A DNA stretch of 64,000 bases, taken from positions 130,681,254-130,745,253 of the forward strand of contig NC_068983.1 in assembly GCF_001194135.2 (NCBI RefSeq). The letters are read 5' to 3'. The translations under genes were made by a program, and so were the position numbers. How positions within the stretch are numbered: position 1 is the first letter of the stretch; each line of letters opens with the position of its first letter. Below, piece by piece: positions 62,548 to 64,000 of the stretch. The DNA comes from Octopus bimaculoides. Lineage: Eukaryota. The notes below the pieces were generated by a model. The model did not search any database. It had not been told where the DNA came from and was given only the letters and a program-made list of their open reading frames with translations.

Positions 62548-64000
62548 TGAGGCAAGATGACGAAAAGGAGGAAGGGAAGGATATAATTTTATAATTTAGA
62601 AAAAAAAAAAACGTCAAACATAACCTGATACCAGCTTTACTGCTAGCGTCACGAATTTCGCAAATATACACGCTTATACATTCGATTTCCAAACACATTT
62701 CACTCACTAGGATTTTGCATCGTGAAAGCAATAAAGTAATGTTCATTTCGATGCAGTGAACCAATGATATGTCACAAAAAATTATGCATACTGGTGCAGA
62801 AGATATTGAATGGTTTGAAGACTTTAGTTATATCAAATACCCACTAACAATGCATTGCGTCAGATCCTGATAAACATCAAATGTAGTGATATATGAAAAG
62901 TGTGGCACATATGGTTGTGGAGGTGTGTTCAGTCAATCAAGGTAAGGAACAGTGTGGGCATTAAGGGCAGATACAGGTTTTCTCTTGCTGTTTTTTTTTC
63001 TTTTTTTCTTTTTTAGGGTAATCTATAAGTAATACATTCATCATTGGTAAAGGGATTGAGATGTGATTATTGATGGAGAAATTCTGCAAGGAAAAGAAAT
63101 ATATGAATATATGATGGATGTATATGGAAGATGTATGTATATGTGTGTGTGTGTTTGTGTATGCTTGAGTGTGTGAGCGCGCACGTCTGTGTGCATGTGT
63201 GAATGCGATTTTAAGGATATTTTAATATATTTGTTTTTATATCTGTTTAGGTTGATATGTGTGTGTGTTTGCGTGTATGTGTACACTCATCTGCGCATAT
63301 AACATGTATATATATGTATATATNNNNNNNNNNTATTTATTTATTTATTTATTTATATGTTTATATATATATATACATATAACAGAGTGTAAGTGCGTAT
63401 GGATAAGTACATGTATTTACGTAAGTAGCTATGTTCCCGCCGTAGAAGGTAAAATATGGAGCTACTTACCAGAGATCCACTTGAGTAAAATATTCACACA
63501 CCGTAAAAGGGTTAACGCTCAATGATTCACTATATGTAGCTGTCAGTTGAATACCACGCCTATTTGCTTGCTGGGTAACATCCATCCACTATGATTGCTT
63601 TGTTCCTTTGTTGCATACATATATGTTTACCTATATGTGCGTACGTGTGTGTGTACGCGTGTGCATATGTGCATTTTGCGTGTGTGAATATATGCATACA
63701 TATTATGAGATATATATTTCTGTATACATACATATTTAAGTTTATACAAACATAAATAGGTACGTACGTACATACATACATACATACATACATGCATACA
63801 TACATATATACATACAAATATGCATACATTCACTCATACATACATTCAAATATTCCTGCATATATAATCACACATGTGAATGAATATACTCGTATGCAAA
63901 CATTTCCCGATTACATATAAATACATGTATGTATATATGTATGTATACATTTATGTATACGTTATATGTATATATATACATATATATATATATAAATATA

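Noticed and set aside
62860-62946. Possible exon ending at CAAG|GTAAGG (VVIYEKCGTYGCGG)
   Set aside because: All frames are closed from the nearest acceptor and I recognise no homology.

Overview
This is AT-rich animal genomic DNA with about 15 N-gaps. The SINE families, R4/Dong LINEs at (TAA)n and the compound microsatellites point to an octopus-type cephalopod, which is my inference from recalled repeat families. I find no intact protein-coding gene. The long ORFs in the track are artefacts of N-gaps or microsatellites, or they are decayed transposon ORFs. The window holds about 11 R4/Dong RLE-type LINE fragments (10 on the minus strand), relics of Tx1/L1-like, RTE and Penelope-like elements, two mariners, one Tc1 with an internal micro-inversion, a piggyBac relic, more than 12 tRNA-derived SINEs and several long inverted repeats. 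The most interesting signal is a set of minimal hammerhead-ribozyme-like motifs with Penelope-type architecture (palindromic ACGT helix III). One family is fused to a tRNA-like Pol III head (3091-3523 and 22658-23010). A second family has a variant CUGUNGA core at Penelope 3' ends. A few weak coding-like relics on the minus strand at 42.8-51 kb may be remains of host genes. All coordinates were read by eye and element boundaries are approximate.
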